Source: Clostridiales bacterium (lineage in GTDB: Bacteria; Bacillota; Desulfotomaculia; Desulfotomaculales; VENG01). Taken from it: a stretch of DNA of 64,000 nucleotides. The stretch is taken from contig JADQBQ010000019.1 in assembly GCA_016278505.1 (NCBI GenBank), forward strand, positions 5,098 through 69,097. Direction: 5' to 3'. Within the stretch, counting starts at the first letter, position 1. Each line of letters starts with the position of its first letter. The notes under the pieces are model-generated. The model saw only the letters and a program-made list of their open reading frames with translations, was not told the DNA's origin and made no database searches. Made by a program: the position numbers and the translations under genes. Of this stretch, positions 63,368 through 64,000 are shown piece by piece.

Positions 63368-64000
63368 TTAACTGAAAAATATCTCGTATCCCACTGGTGA
63401 TAAAAACTTTCTTGTCGCGGGTAACGAAAATTGCTTCCACCCCTTCGAGTTCCTCCATAAGTTCCAAGCCCTTATATAGTCCCATAACAAATACACCCGT
63501 GGATAAAGCATCAGACATCAAACTTTGATTCGCGATAATGGTTACACTTAGCAAATCTGATTCTGACGGGAAACCGGTTTGGGGATCAATAATGTGATGA
63601 TACCGGTTGCCATTTTCATAAAAGTAGCGCTCGTACCCGCCTGAAGTAACCACGGCCTTGTCTTTCAACTGTAAAATACCCAGGAAAGTCCCACGAGGTG
63701 CCAGGGGGTTTTGAATACCTACGCGCCACGCGCTGCCGCCTTCTTTTGTCCCCACAGCCACAATGTTACCGCCCAGGTTTATTATTCCCTGCTTTATACC
63801 GTGGCTGAGGAGTATCCGTTTTGCCTCGTCACCTGCATACCCTTTGGCGATACCTCCTAAGTCAACAGCCTGACCGTCCCTTGGCAGCATGGCCATAAAG
63901 GTATCCCTGCTCTTTTCAATTTGCAGCTGCCTGTAATCCACAAGGTTTAGTTTGTCTTGGATTTCTTTATCTGTGGGAACTCCAAAGTTCTTGGAATCAA
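63333..64000 (-). CDS. apbE: FAD:protein FMN transferase ApbE (N-terminus outside window)
   Basis: DLGGIAKGYAGDE and HHIIDPQTG motifs. The frame is open to the window edge. Confidence 0.85.
   Translation of the reverse strand, partial: DSKNFGVPTDKEIQDKLNLVDYRQLQIEKSRDTFMAMLPRDGQAVDLGGIAKGYAGDEAKRILLSHGIKQGIINLGGNIVAVGTKEGGSAWRVGIQNPLAPRGTFLGILQLKDKAVVTSGGYERYFYENGNRYHHIIDPQTGFPSESDLLSVTIIANQSLMSDALSTGVFVMGLYKGLELMEELEGVEAIFVTRDKKVFITSGIRDIFQLIDGDFSYEQYK

Overview
This is a 64-kb chromosomal segment, densely coding on both strands, with about 60 credible CDS. I saw no rRNA, tRNA, CRISPR array, transposase or integrase. The gene content includes ComEA/ComEC, YjcZ-like tiny sporulation peptides, a PdaA-like deacetylase, a DUF421/YetF protein, an aldehyde:ferredoxin oxidoreductase with its ferredoxin, an ADP-forming acetyl-CoA synthetase, Tex and RNase J. 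By inference this points to a spore-forming anaerobic Firmicute (Peptococcaceae/Desulfotomaculum-like).

Layout:
- 1-27 kb: mostly housekeeping genes (acs-like, HAD, pseudouridine synthase, dNK, murJ, radical SAM, pda, gap, tex, cysK, AOR, azlCD). It also holds an embedded double-GTPase dynamin-like operon at 3.6-7.2 kb.
- 27-33 kb: Crp/Fnr paralogs, DUF169, TauE, ChrA.
- 35-39 kb: comEA, a zinc-ribbon gene, comEC.
- 39-54.5 kb: an oxyanion/metal(loid) block. It contains a PadR / cytoplasmic WtpA-like binding protein / TM protein / RadC-like JAB / MOT1-like permease operon, a second PadR with a split DUF318 permease and two tiny Cys- or Gly/Arg-rich ORFs, a two-component system, two ArsR/ACR3-type modules, a decayed radical-SAM gene and tandem YnfA genes.
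- 54.6-56.2 kb: an AT-rich islet of orphan genes.
- 56-64 kb: prfC, rnj, MBL hydrolase, PaaX, tiny TM peptides, and Gx-transporter / NusG-II / ApbE genes.

Most interesting observations:
1. A ~215-nt multi-helix element occurs twice (8197-8412 and 34482-34695). The two copies differ by compensatory base-pair changes and each has its own terminator. I cannot assign it to any RNA class I know.
2. The murJ / radical-SAM spacer (11905-12340) is built entirely of iteron-like repeat modules in mirror arrangement.
3. The dynamin-like protein sits in an operon with three small coiled-coil proteins.
4. The PadR / binding-protein / JAB / MOT1 operon is an unusual gene combination.
5. A shared palindrome, TAAGTGCAC-N-GTGCACTTA, lies in two promoter regions.
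6. A 50-nt perfect palindrome has a partial copy that forms the 3' tail of another gene.
7. Three genes have conserved N-terminal features lying upstream of any ATG/GTG/TTG codon.

All coordinates of hairpins, promoters and alternative starts were worked out by eye and may be off by a few nt.
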